Origin: a virus
Lineage: Duplodnaviria > Caudoviricetes
Strand: one strand, 5' to 3'
IMG/VR virus record: IMGVR_UViG_3300020045_010953
Location: 1-32,824 of that record
Length of the DNA: 32,824 nt
Below are positions 9,500 to 17,775 of this stretch, piece by piece (positions within the stretch are counted from its first letter, which is position 1; each line of letters starts with the position of its first letter). The position numbers and the translations under genes are program-made. Under the pieces are notes generated by a model that did no database searches, was not told the origin of the DNA, and worked only from the letters and a program-made list of their open reading frames with translations.

Positions 9500-10040
9500 G
9501 AATAAAACCCTCTTTTTTAAGCCAGCAAATACACTCGATCAAACCGTGAACGTCATCTTTTGCACGGTGTTTTGTTTCTTTCTGTCTGCCTGTTGCTGTT
9601 AGATAAAGTTTTTCTAAATTCAAGCGGCGGTTTTGAATTGCCATGCTCGCTTCGATAGTACAACACTGATAAGGAGGATAGGGGAACGCATATTGTAAAC
9701 CGTGGCGTTCTAGTTCGATTCGCAGGACGCCCATGTCAAATGCAAGATTATGCGAAAAAATTGTTTTTTCACCTACGCAAAATTCAACCAATTGGTCATA
9801 AATTTCTATGAAGCGAGGCGCGTTTTCAACCATTGCATCGCTAATGCCAGTTAGTTTTGTAATCAACTCTGGGATGGGTAATTCAGGGTTAATAAAAGTT
9901 TCTATTTCATCCAAAATGCGGCCTTTAAAATCGAATTTGCAAATGTAAATTTCGGTTATGCGCGGTTGCTCTGTCAGAAAACAGGCATCAGGTTTTTTTA
10001 ACCCTGTGGTTTCCAAGTCAAAAACTAGCATTTTGATCAA
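9483..10040 (-). CDS. dnaQ: DEDDh 3'-5' exonuclease (Pol III epsilon-like)
   Basis: ExoI 'FDLETTGL', 'LTGISD', ExoII 'SHNLAFD', ExoIII 'HRAKDD'; overlaps the dnaE start. Confidence 0.9.
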   Translation of the reverse strand: MIKMLVFDLETTGLKKPDACFLTEQPRITEIYICKFDFKGRILDEIETFINPELPIPELITKLTGISDAMVENAPRFIEIYDQLVEFCVGEKTIFSHNLAFDMGVLRIELERHGLQYAFPYPPYQCCTIEASMAIQNRRLNLEKLYLTATGRQKETKHRAKDDVHGLIECICWLKKEGFIHDLFN

Positions 10041-10323
10041 CCTCTAATTTAGTGATGTAAAGCTCGCTGCCAAAAAGCCCAGTGTTTCCAATTAAACAAT
10101 ATCTGTTTAAGCCAAAATTATGGACAAACCAATATTGTTTTAAATGATCGATTTTATCGCGTGTTTTAAGCGCTTCTTCATATGTTTCAAAAGTCAAAAC
10201 ATTTTCAAAATCTTCACCGCAAAGAATTTTTGTTTTTGCTTCTATAGAAATGGCTGGCATTTTGTGAATCCTTGTTAATAGTATATAAAACATGATCTTA
10301 GCATGTACTAATTTTATTCGCAA
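10018..10323 (-). CDS. Hypothetical protein (start may be ATG 10260)
   Basis: ORF overlaps the dnaQ start; no recognisable motif. Confidence 0.5.
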   Translation of the reverse strand: MRIKLVHAKIMFYILLTRIHKMPAISIEAKTKILCGEDFENVLTFETYEEALKTRDKIDHLKQYWFVHNFGLNRYCLIGNTGLFGSELYITKLEVDQNASF

Positions 10324-10394
10324 TATGTCGCTTAAAATATTGTATTTATAAATGCAAGCTTATATTTTTATAATGTCGTCTAAACCAGCCGATT

Positions 10395-10457
10395 TATTAA
10401 CGCATCCCATTCATGATCAGCACGCGACAATTTCGTCGCATCAATGAGGGTTAAAAA
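10395..10457 (+). promoter_or_regulatory. Structured 5' leader sequestering the RBS of 10458-11207
   Basis: CCC.atTCATGAT-cagcac-GCGAC-aatttc-GTCGC-ATCaATGA-GGG can fold as an interrupted stem-loop whose 3' arm includes GAGGG, 7 nt before the ATG. Confidence 0.45.
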
Positions 10458-11207
10458 ATGGGTGCATCTATTTTGGACGAATCTATTGGCGGTATGCGTG
10501 GCGGCTTCGGTTTTGGCGGCGGCGATAATGGCATGGGCGTTTTGTTGGGTCTGTTGTTGGCTCGTGGTGGCTTGGGCGGTTATGGCGAAAACAACCGCCG
10601 TGATGATTGTGTTACACAGTCGGATTTGAACGGCAAAGCAATTGGTGATTTGAAAGCTGAAATTAAAGACGTACAGGCCGGAATTCAATTGGGTTTGTGC
10701 GAAGCCGAATCAAGCATTAATGCAACGACAATGGCCGCCACAAATCAACTGCAAAATGGCCAAACAGCAATTTTATTGCAAGCTGCAAATCAAACCGCTG
10801 CAATAACTGCGGCTATCGCAGCTGTTGACACAAATGTTGACCGCACAGCTTGCGAAACTCAAAACGCAATTAAAGACGCAGCGAGCAGCATTATTGCGGC
10901 TTTCACTTCTGCACAAATGGCTGAGTTAAACCAAAAGTTAACTGTTGCGCAGTTGGACGGTTTGGAATTGCGTCAACGCAATGAACGAGACCGTGAGCGT
11001 CACACAGTTGAAGTAACAATGATTAATAATCAAAATCAAAACGTGCTTCAAAATCAACGCACAGAGTTTAACATTAATGCTCTAGTGGGTTGTATTCAAC
11101 AATTGGCCGGTCAAGTTTCAAAAGCAACAAACAGCAATGTGATCGTGGGCAGCACTGGCGTAGGTACATCACAAACCGCAAACCCGACTAATGTAAACGC
11201 GCATTAG
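10458..11207 (+). CDS. Stand-alone phage protein: Gly-rich hydrophobic N-terminus, Ala/Thr/Gln coiled coil, Asn/Gln-rich C-terminus
   Basis: 249 aa with GAGGG RBS and its own terminator; opposite orientation to all neighbours. Function unknown. Confidence 0.85.
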   Translation: MGASILDESIGGMRGGFGFGGGDNGMGVLLGLLLARGGLGGYGENNRRDDCVTQSDLNGKAIGDLKAEIKDVQAGIQLGLCEAESSINATTMAATNQLQNGQTAILLQAANQTAAITAAIAAVDTNVDRTACETQNAIKDAASSIIAAFTSAQMAELNQKLTVAQLDGLELRQRNERDRERHTVEVTMINNQNQNVLQNQRTEFNINALVGCIQQLAGQVSKATNSNVIVGSTGVGTSQTANPTNVNAH

Positions 11208-11216
11208 TTTTTAAGC

Positions 11217-11248
11217 AAAAAAAATCCCGCTTAATAGCGGGATTTTTG
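11217..11248. terminator. Bidirectional intrinsic terminator
   Basis: AAAAATCCCGCT-TAAT-AGCGGGATTTTT between convergent genes. Confidence 0.88.
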
Positions 11249-11264
11249 CACCGGAAAAAACTTA

Positions 11265-11555
11265 TTAAATATATTGATTTGCAACAACATGTCGAGAATT
11301 AAGTGCTTTTACTCCTGTAACAAATTCGCGCGCGCCATTGTTTGTTGGTGTTTTAAAATTTGTTAATTTATTTTGCGGCACCCTGACAGTGTCTGCAGAA
11401 ATTGCAGCTTGTACAATTTCGGCTTTCATGTTTTCGGCAAAGCCGAAAGATTCAAGTTTTTCACAAAATGTAGCAGCAACACATTGAGCTGATGCAAACA
11501 GCATTGTTAAAGCCATCAACACGATGGAAAAGCAATAGCGGTATAATTTGACCAT
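11265..11555 (-). CDS. Small exported protein (signal peptide)
   Basis: 'MVKLYRYCFSIVLMALTMLFASAQC' has basic n-region, hydrophobic h-region and AxA; GAAGGA RBS upstream. Confidence 0.6.
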   Translation of the reverse strand: MVKLYRYCFSIVLMALTMLFASAQCVAATFCEKLESFGFAENMKAEIVQAAISADTVRVPQNKLTNFKTPTNNGAREFVTGVKALNSRHVVANQYI

Positions 11556-11628
11556 TTTTTCATTCCTTCTTTAAAGAGTTAAAAGAATTTTAATAACTTA
11601 ACGCTTGCGCGCTAGATCATTATTATAC

Positions 11629-12423
11629 TTATTCAGATTGCAAAGCAATAGTAGCCTTAGCAATTTTTTGGCCTTGTTCCAAATAAGTATAATATTTGTC
11701 GGCCAATTTTTCTTCCTTTTCCAAACCTTCGACAATGTAAGAATAAAAAGCGTTTTTGTCTGCCAATGGATTTTTTTCCATCCATGCAAAGATTTTTGCT
11801 TTCAGGCCGCCTGCTGAAACTTTCTTTTCAGGTTTCGGCAAAGTGATGTCGAACTCTTTGGCATATTTACGGATCGCCGAATACGCTTGGGAATATTCGG
11901 TTAATTCAACTTCTTTGGTCAAACGCTCGCACATTTTATCGACTTGTGAATATTCCGATGGGTTGAATTGTTCACGAATCAAAATTATTTTGATTGATTC
12001 ATAGCGGTCTTTGCTTGAAACGCGGTGACCACCGTCAATCATCGCCTGATTAAACAGTTTTGGAGCATCTTTAAATTTGATGCCGTGACCACCGGTTACG
12101 ATTTGATAAAGAATGCCATCTTCGTCATCAATATCTTTGCCCTCATCAATCCATTTTTGGATAATTTCAGCAACCACCAGAGATTTTGGCTTTTCGTCCA
12201 TTGTCGGCAATTTGCCAGTCGCACCCGCCAGCGCGGCCAACACTTCGCTTTTGCTTGCTTTTTTGCTAATTTCAACTTTGTTTTTTTGCGCCACTTCAAA
12301 AAGCACAGCGTTACTCAATGTGCAATTGTCGGTATCTACGATAAATTCACCCGCTTTTTCATCGGCTGTTACATAAGCGCCTGTGCGGATCATTGAAAAG
12401 TTTTTGTTGATCAAAATAATCAT
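11629..12423 (-). CDS. Hypothetical protein, possible DNA-binding (HeH/Rho-N-like motif)
   Basis: Start ATG 12423 behind AAAAGGT. 'LFEVAQKNKVEISKKASKSEVLAAL' resembles a helix-extension-helix motif; has a dedicated promoter. Confidence 0.6.
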   Translation of the reverse strand: MIILINKNFSMIRTGAYVTADEKAGEFIVDTDNCTLSNAVLFEVAQKNKVEISKKASKSEVLAALAGATGKLPTMDEKPKSLVVAEIIQKWIDEGKDIDDEDGILYQIVTGGHGIKFKDAPKLFNQAMIDGGHRVSSKDRYESIKIILIREQFNPSEYSQVDKMCERLTKEVELTEYSQAYSAIRKYAKEFDITLPKPEKKVSAGGLKAKIFAWMEKNPLADKNAFYSYIVEGLEKEEKLADKYYTYLEQGQKIAKATIALQSE

Positions 12424-12481
12424 ATTGTTACCTTTTAATAGTTGGTTGGTTTGATTAAGTTTTAACTGCTTTGGAAACTGA

Positions 12482-12510
12482 ATTGTATATACTGTTTTTG
12501 GGTTGTGCAA
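12482..12510 (-). promoter_or_regulatory. sigma70-type promoter, class A
   Basis: TTGCAC-17 bp-TACAAT; near-identical to 23988-24016. Confidence 0.75.
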
Positions 12511-12545
12511 CTAATTTTGAATCATTTGTTAATATTTTGAAAATT

Positions 12546-12568
12546 AAAAAGTGCGCCCGAAGGCGCGG
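12546..12568 (-). terminator. Intrinsic terminator
   Basis: Minus strand GCGCC-TTCG-GGCGC-ACTTTTT (UUCG tetraloop) just after the 12575 stop. Confidence 0.8.
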
Positions 12569-12574
12569 TGATTG

Positions 12575-12787
12575 TTAAGAAACTTCTGAATCTTCAAACT
12601 TTTCAGCTTTCGCCCAAATCGCTTTAATTTTCGCTTTTGCGCCTTTTGTCAAAGTTGTATCTTTGCCACTACACCAAGCCTTCAAACCGCCTTCAACATT
12701 GTGCGCACAGTTTTCAATTGCGTCTACCGCTTCTGAACACTCCATGTAATCATTGAGATTTGATAATTTTACATCTTGGTGTTTCAT
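12575..12787 (-). CDS. Hypothetical protein (monocistronic)
   Basis: 70 aa, AAAAGGT RBS, flanked by its own promoter and terminator. Confidence 0.7.
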   Translation of the reverse strand: MKHQDVKLSNLNDYMECSEAVDAIENCAHNVEGGLKAWCSGKDTTLTKGAKAKIKAIWAKAEKFEDSEVS

Positions 12788-12837
12788 CTTTATAACCTTT
12801 TAAAGTTTTGTTTAATTTCGCGTTTTCGTTAGAATTG

Positions 12838-12866
12838 ATTCTACACGCATTTTTAATATATACAAA
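12838..12866 (-). promoter_or_regulatory. sigma70-type promoter
   Basis: Minus strand (T)TTGTAT...GCGTG-TAGAAT with an A/T-rich UP-like region and palindrome ACAAAATATTTTGT (12875-12888) upstream. Confidence 0.5.
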
Positions 12867-12937
12867 CTTTTTTTACAAAATATTTTGTTTATTTGTATAG
12901 AAAAAGGCTAAATTATCATACAAATAGACGATAGGCC

Positions 12938-12960
12938 ATAAAAAGCGGCCTAAGCCGCTT
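12938..12960 (-). terminator. Intrinsic terminator after the helicase operon
   Basis: Minus strand AAGCGGC-TTAG-GCCGCTT-TTT. Confidence 0.8.
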
Positions 12961-13037
12961 ATGTATAAAAGTGGTTCGTTTGTGTGGTTGGTGGGCTAAT
13001 CGCGCCAAAACAAGCGAAAATCGGCCTTCCCAGCGGC

Positions 13038-14672
13038 TTAAAACTCATAATCGACAACAACAGGGTATTTCCCGCGTTTGTCCGTTTTTATGCGTACTGG
13101 CGACACCAAAAAAGCCTTATTCGCCAACACTTCTTTGGGTGTAGATGGCTTCCTATGTTCACTATCCCAGCGGTATTGAATCCAATGATTTGCAAAATGT
13201 CTGGCTTTTTCAGAACCAAAAAATAATTTATCCTCAACAGAGCCAAAAATAGTTTTATATGAAACAACTATAAATGTTTCAGCCGTGGCTTTTGATATTC
13301 TCAACTCATAATTTACGCTGTTAACCTTAACCCAGCCAGATTGATATGCGTTTGTTGTTTCGTTAATTTCTTTTCTGTCTTGTTTTTCAAATTCATCTTT
13401 TATAACTTTTGCTTTGGATGCGCCTGTTGTTAGTTTTGTTTGAAAAACAAATTCATGTTCGCAATTCCAACAAATCCGCAAAGAACCGTGACAATGAAAA
13501 CGGCACTCTGGGCAAACTTTCATTATTGGTTCACCTGTGCCTTTTTCACCTTTTCTTAAAATGAGCGGATTGTTAATTTCTCCCAATCTGTCAATGTTGG
13601 TTCCAAAATCAAACCAAAGCGAATGGTCTTTTGTTTCATCAGTGCGACCTAATCGCCCCATTGTTTGCACATGTTTGTTAACTGATTTTGTAGTGAACAT
13701 GGCAACACCAAAATCTAATTTCGGATCATTGTAGCCAGTTGTCAACATATCAACACTAACGCTTATTTTATATTTGCCTTTTTTCATATCGCGGATTGTT
13801 GTTTCGTAATCTGCCTCCATTTTTGAATGCACAACACAAGAACTTATTTGAAATTCTTCGTTAAGCATTTTATGAATGCTATTCGCGTGATTTACATCAA
13901 TGGCAAATAACAATCCGCGTTTATAAAAATTTTCAGTTACTGTGCAAACCTCCTCTAAACATTTGCGCGTCAAATCTTCACGGTTAAATCTTAATGATTG
14001 ATCTTTTGACGAATAATCACCGCGCTCAGTTTTTAAGCCTTTAATATCAAAACGGTTTTTTGGGGATTGAGAATAGATTGGGCATAAAAACCCTTCTTTT
14101 ACTAATCTTAGATAATTTTCGCCCGTGGTTAGATCAATTGCTACACAATTAAAAAGTGCATTTTCGCCTTCATGCAAATAGCCACCAGCCATATTAAATA
14201 ATGTGGCTGAAAAACCAATGTAGGTTGCTTTTATCTTTTTTAAGAATGTACGATACATTGATTCGTCACGGGCTGGGATTGCGTGAACTTCATCAATGAT
14301 CACAAAATCAAAATCTTCAAAATCATCAGGATTGTTCTTAGCGCTTTGAATGCTAGCGCAAGTTATTTTTGCAAATGTTTTAGAGTCTAATTTGCCACAA
14401 TACAAACCAATTTCAGTTTCAAAATATTCTTCTAAATCAGCATGGTTTTGTTTTATTACTTCGGTTATATCGCAAAGCATCAAAACATTTTTGCGCGGAT
14501 CTTCTGTTAATAGACGATCTATTAACAAACACATAGTGTGGCTTTTCCCGCTAGCAGTTGGCAAACCTGCTAACGGGTGCGCATCGGAATCGCTTTGAAT
14601 TATATCAAAAAGGCGTTCAACAGTTTCTGTTTGATACCAACGATTTGTTTTAACAACTGGCAAATTCATCAA
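13038..14672 (-). CDS. SF2 DExH helicase, RadD/YejH-like with C-terminal Zn finger
   Basis: Q motif RWYQ, Walker A LPTASGKS, IIDEVH, GFSAT, 'LTTGYNDP', 'QTMGRLGR', CPEC...CWNC. Confidence 0.92.
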   Translation of the reverse strand: MMNLPVVKTNRWYQTETVERLFDIIQSDSDAHPLAGLPTASGKSHTMCLLIDRLLTEDPRKNVLMLCDITEVIKQNHADLEEYFETEIGLYCGKLDSKTFAKITCASIQSAKNNPDDFEDFDFVIIDEVHAIPARDESMYRTFLKKIKATYIGFSATLFNMAGGYLHEGENALFNCVAIDLTTGENYLRLVKEGFLCPIYSQSPKNRFDIKGLKTERGDYSSKDQSLRFNREDLTRKCLEEVCTVTENFYKRGLLFAIDVNHANSIHKMLNEEFQISSCVVHSKMEADYETTIRDMKKGKYKISVSVDMLTTGYNDPKLDFGVAMFTTKSVNKHVQTMGRLGRTDETKDHSLWFDFGTNIDRLGEINNPLILRKGEKGTGEPIMKVCPECRFHCHGSLRICWNCEHEFVFQTKLTTGASKAKVIKDEFEKQDRKEINETTNAYQSGWVKVNSVNYELRISKATAETFIVVSYKTIFGSVEDKLFFGSEKARHFANHWIQYRWDSEHRKPSTPKEVLANKAFLVSPVRIKTDKRGKYPVVVDYEF

Positions 14673-14896
14673 ACACGTTCCATTTTATAACCGGAAAATT
14701 TATCATCAAGAAAAATTCTCATGCCATTAAATTCAATACCTTCTGGCGTAGTTTTAAAAACGCGTGAACATTCAACATCTGCCAATAATTGAAGATATTC
14801 ATTTTTCCCACACCTTAACGTGTTTGGACAATAAAAATTATTAGCTTCGCGGAAATCTCTAAACATTCTATAAAGGCGCTCGTTTAAACCAATCAT
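14669..14896 (-). CDS. Hypothetical protein
   Basis: 75 aa, translationally coupled on both sides. Confidence 0.6.
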   Translation of the reverse strand: MIGLNERLYRMFRDFREANNFYCPNTLRCGKNEYLQLLADVECSRVFKTTPEGIEFNGMRIFLDDKFSGYKMERV

Positions 14897-15060
14897 AGCC
14901 TATTAACCTTAATAAATTTTAAATTTTCATCTTTTATTTCGTAAAGCCAGCCATCTTTATTTTCTTCAATGATTTTTGCATAGCCATCCTTTTTGGCGCG
15001 CTTCAAGATTCTGCGGCGTTTAATGTGTGAGATTTTATAACGGTGGGCGAATATTCTCAT
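14893..15060 (-). CDS. Hypothetical basic protein, 55 aa (not in ORF track)
   Basis: MRIFAHRYKISHIKRRRILKRAKKDGYAKIIEENKDGWLYEIKDENLKFIKVNRL; fills the gap and has an ATGA overlap with the next gene. Confidence 0.6.
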   Translation of the reverse strand: MRIFAHRYKISHIKRRRILKRAKKDGYAKIIEENKDGWLYEIKDENLKFIKVNRL

Positions 15061-15066
15061 AAAAAC

Positions 15067-15312
15067 TCACAAGTCTGGGTTTATGCCTAAGTCGCGCAAA
15101 TCAGCGCGGTATTTTAAAATGCGTTGTTTATGCATGTATATTAAAGATTTTATTAAGCGTTTGTTTAAATTGTTTATTGCGGGTATCGTTTGGCTATAGC
15201 TATTAGATACTATTCTTAATTCACCAACGTTTTCCAACAGGTTTATATTTTGTTTTTCTGTTTTTATTTTTTCTTTTAATTTAATCGCATTTTCTAACTC
15301 TGATAATTTCAT
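15067..15312 (-). CDS. Hypothetical protein
   Basis: Likely start ATG 15312 (MKLSELEN) behind a GGAG RBS. Confidence 0.6.
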   Translation of the reverse strand: MKLSELENAIKLKEKIKTEKQNINLLENVGELRIVSNSYSQTIPAINNLNKRLIKSLIYMHKQRILKYRADLRDLGINPDL

Positions 15313-15371
15313 TTTTAAACTCCAGTTGATAAAAAGAATGCACACTCTAAGAATGCGCAAACTTTTTAAAA

Positions 15372-16061
15372 CTAAATGTTGTGACAAAGTGCTTTTTGCC
15401 CGATTGTTTCAGCGTAGCGCCGTGTAAGTTCAAATTCAATTTCGTTGACAAATTCGTCTGGCGAATTTTTCAAATGTTCATTAATTTCCATTGCATCAAA
15501 AAGATGCTCATTGTCTTCACGGCCATCAAACCAATGTTTGATATATTCATTCGTTTTATACCCATTTTTTTGGCGAAACAAATTCAAAATGTTTTTGCCA
15601 ACATATTGCAAATATAAAACGTCCCAAGTCATGCCCAAATCGGCCATAAGCGATTCGAACAAATAAAATTCAAATCGACCGACAGACGCCAAACCGTTTA
15701 ACAAAAACATTTTTTGCACGACTGATAATTCAGCAATAACAAAACCTTTATTGTCAAACGTGAAAACATCGGTTGGTTTGTTTGGGTTTGGTTGTAGAAA
15801 AAAGGTTGGCGACTCTGGGGAATCAATAATTGATTTTGATAAAACAAAATGCCAATAATCTACCATTTCAACCTGCGCCTGTTTAATATCAGAAGCCTGA
15901 TTTTTCCACCACTTCCAGCCGTGGTGGTCAATAGCTTCCATCAATTCCATTGCGCCTGCCAACATCCAATTTTCATTTGCGACAACCCAATTTGGATTTA
16001 CAACACTATTAATAGTGTCTTGCAGTTCAACCATTTTAAAAACTTGTTGTGTAGATAACAT
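15372..16061 (-). CDS. dut: Dimeric (all-alpha) dUTPase
   Basis: 'MVELQDTIN', 'ELMEAIDHHGWKWWK', 'VEMVDYWHFVLS', 'YVGKNILNLFRQKNGY', 'GREDNE'. Confidence 0.9.
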   Translation of the reverse strand: MLSTQQVFKMVELQDTINSVVNPNWVVANENWMLAGAMELMEAIDHHGWKWWKNQASDIKQAQVEMVDYWHFVLSKSIIDSPESPTFFLQPNPNKPTDVFTFDNKGFVIAELSVVQKMFLLNGLASVGRFEFYLFESLMADLGMTWDVLYLQYVGKNILNLFRQKNGYKTNEYIKHWFDGREDNEHLFDAMEINEHLKNSPDEFVNEIEFELTRRYAETIGQKALCHNI

Positions 16062-16064
16062 TTT

Positions 16065-16235
16065 TTACACCTTAATTAGTTTGTGAATTTCATTCACGTT
16101 TTCGATTTGATCTTGATTGATTTTAATTCGAAGTTTTATTTTATCCTCGACTGAATCAATAGTGTTGTGTTGCCACTCAGTTAAACGAATTTTAGAGTTG
16201 CGTATCTCCCTGATTTTTTCTATAAGTTCACTCAT
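16065..16235 (-). CDS. Hypothetical protein, 56 aa (not in ORF track)
   Basis: MSELIEKIREIRNSKIRLTEWQHNTIDSVEDK...; ATGA overlap with the nuclease gene, ends 3 nt before the dUTPase start. Confidence 0.6.
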   Translation of the reverse strand: MSELIEKIREIRNSKIRLTEWQHNTIDSVEDKIKLRIKINQDQIENVNEIHKLIKV

Positions 16236-17128
16236 AACCCCCAACCTTTTTGATAAAATTTACACCCTTCCTTTTGTGCATCCAAGGAAAGGTTTATTGA
16301 TTCGTTTTTAAAACTTCCCGTAACTTGTTTTATGTTTTGTTTATTCTCGCATGACCAACCCCCATTATCCTCAATGTTTGAAAAGGCGCACGTCCGGCAA
16401 TTCGCCGCTGGTTGTTTATCGCCGTGGCATATGCTTTTATGGCTACAATTAAAACACTTCCAAAAACCGTCTGGGTAAGCGCGTGGCATTGGTTTATCGC
16501 TTAAGATAATATCTTTTGCTTTTCTGCTTAAATCGTTTGCTGTTGCTTTATCAAAATAAACAAACTCTTGATAATATGCGCCATTATTTTTATTAATCGC
16601 TAAAAAATAAGTCACTTTAATTTCTTGCGCTTTCATATAGCGCTGTGTTTGTCCGTAATAAGTCGGATTGGCTTCTTGCAACCCAACCTTTTTTATTTTT
16701 TCAAAAGCCGCATCATTCATAGATTTGAATTCGCACCCAAGCTCTTGATCTGGGAATTCTACAAATCCCATTGCACGGCCATCGGTGTGGCCTGATTCAT
16801 GACCTGCAAAACCAATAAGCGTTTCTTGATCCTCATCATAGGCGCCAGTTAATTCAACCTTTTTACCATTCTCCCAGCGATAAACAGAAACGCCAATTTC
16901 TTTTAAATTTGCAATTGCGATTTCTTCAAACTTTTTGCCTAGATCAAAAATTCTTTGTAGACGTGGGCGAATTATTTTTTTAGAACACCAGTGAAAATCA
17001 AACCACAATAAAGCGGCGCATTCATTGCCCAGCCCGCTCATCCCCAAATATGGGCGCGGATATTCTTTTGTAACTCGCAAATTGTCCAGCAAGCCTTTTG
17101 TCGTATTTCTGTTAGGGATTTTTGGCAT
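16232..17128 (-). CDS. Cas4-like PD-(D/E)XK exonuclease
   Basis: 'YLGMSGLGNEC', 'GHTDG', 'CEFKS', 'YYGQTQRYM', Cys cluster CFNC..SIC and CRTC; sits in a recombination module, not a CRISPR locus. Confidence 0.85.
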   Translation of the reverse strand: MPKIPNRNTTKGLLDNLRVTKEYPRPYLGMSGLGNECAALLWFDFHWCSKKIIRPRLQRIFDLGKKFEEIAIANLKEIGVSVYRWENGKKVELTGAYDEDQETLIGFAGHESGHTDGRAMGFVEFPDQELGCEFKSMNDAAFEKIKKVGLQEANPTYYGQTQRYMKAQEIKVTYFLAINKNNGAYYQEFVYFDKATANDLSRKAKDIILSDKPMPRAYPDGFWKCFNCSHKSICHGDKQPAANCRTCAFSNIEDNGGWSCENKQNIKQVTGSFKNESINLSLDAQKEGCKFYQKGWGL

Positions 17129-17183
17129 TGTATAAACTCACATTAATTTTAGATAAAAACTTTTACAAATATTTATTTAAAAT

Positions 17184-17207
17184 TAAATAACCCGTCCTTG
17201 GGTTATC
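17184..17207 (-). terminator. Probable terminator after the SSB gene
   Basis: Minus strand ATAACCC-AAGGAC-GGGTTAT-TTAATTTT. Confidence 0.6.
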
Positions 17208-17213
17208 AATTAA

Positions 17214-17726
17214 TTAAAACGAAGGCTTGCGCTTTTTTTCTTGCACCGCTTCTTGTTCATCGTCATCATCGCCGAAAGATGCGGAGCTAGGTTTTTTCAC
17301 GCCTTTCAAACTTGAATATGATTTGATGCGGTTTGAATCTGGATTTGTTGCATCGCCTTTTTTGAAAGCAATTTCAAGATCGCAATCAATGCCTTTCAAA
17401 TCGTCAAGATCATCGCAATCAACAACACCGCACGCCTCTTGCATAGAAAGCAATTCACCCTCTGCCATTTCACGCACGTTTTCTTTTTCATGCTCCAAAT
17501 TAAGATTTACCCAAATTTGGTGCCCTTTGTGCTCGCCCTGTGTAATCTCCCACACAACAATATAAAGGTGGGTTCGTTTGCTAACAGGCAGCCCAGCGGT
17601 GGCTTTTGTGGCTTGTTTTTTAGTTTCTTTAATGCGCCCAATATAATTGCCATTGGGAAGTGCTTTAAAAGCGCCCATGCGGTTGTCATTGGTTTTGGTG
17701 TTAAAACTTTTTGGTAGCTTAGCCAT
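17214..17726 (-). CDS. Single-stranded DNA-binding protein (DUF669-like)
   Basis: 'FKALPNGNY.GRI', 'WEITQGEHKGHQIWVNLNL', 'SNRIKSY', acidic tail ending in Phe; downstream of Sak4. Confidence 0.8.
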   Translation of the reverse strand: MAKLPKSFNTKTNDNRMGAFKALPNGNYIGRIKETKKQATKATAGLPVSKRTHLYIVVWEITQGEHKGHQIWVNLNLEHEKENVREMAEGELLSMQEACGVVDCDDLDDLKGIDCDLEIAFKKGDATNPDSNRIKSYSSLKGVKKPSSASFGDDDDEQEAVQEKKRKPSF

Positions 17727-17755
17727 AATATAAAACTCTCTTTGGTTGTTAAAAA

Positions 17756-17775
17756 TTAAATTAAATTAAATTAAA
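17756..17775. repeat. (TTAAA)4 tandem repeat in the SSB leader
   Basis: ttaaa ttaaa ttaaa ttaaa read directly. Confidence 0.9.

Noticed and set aside
10345-10352. TATAAATA (T4-type late promoter) on the minus strand
   Set aside because: Expected by chance in AT-rich DNA, and no gp55-like sigma factor is visible.
15372-16061. dUTPase as a sign of a modified-base genome
   Set aside because: Dimeric dUTPases are common in phages, and no base-modification enzymes are recognisable in the window.
16232-17128. Cas4-like gene as evidence of a CRISPR system
   Set aside because: No repeat-spacer array or other cas genes are visible. It lies in the usual Sak4-SSB-nuclease-helicase module.
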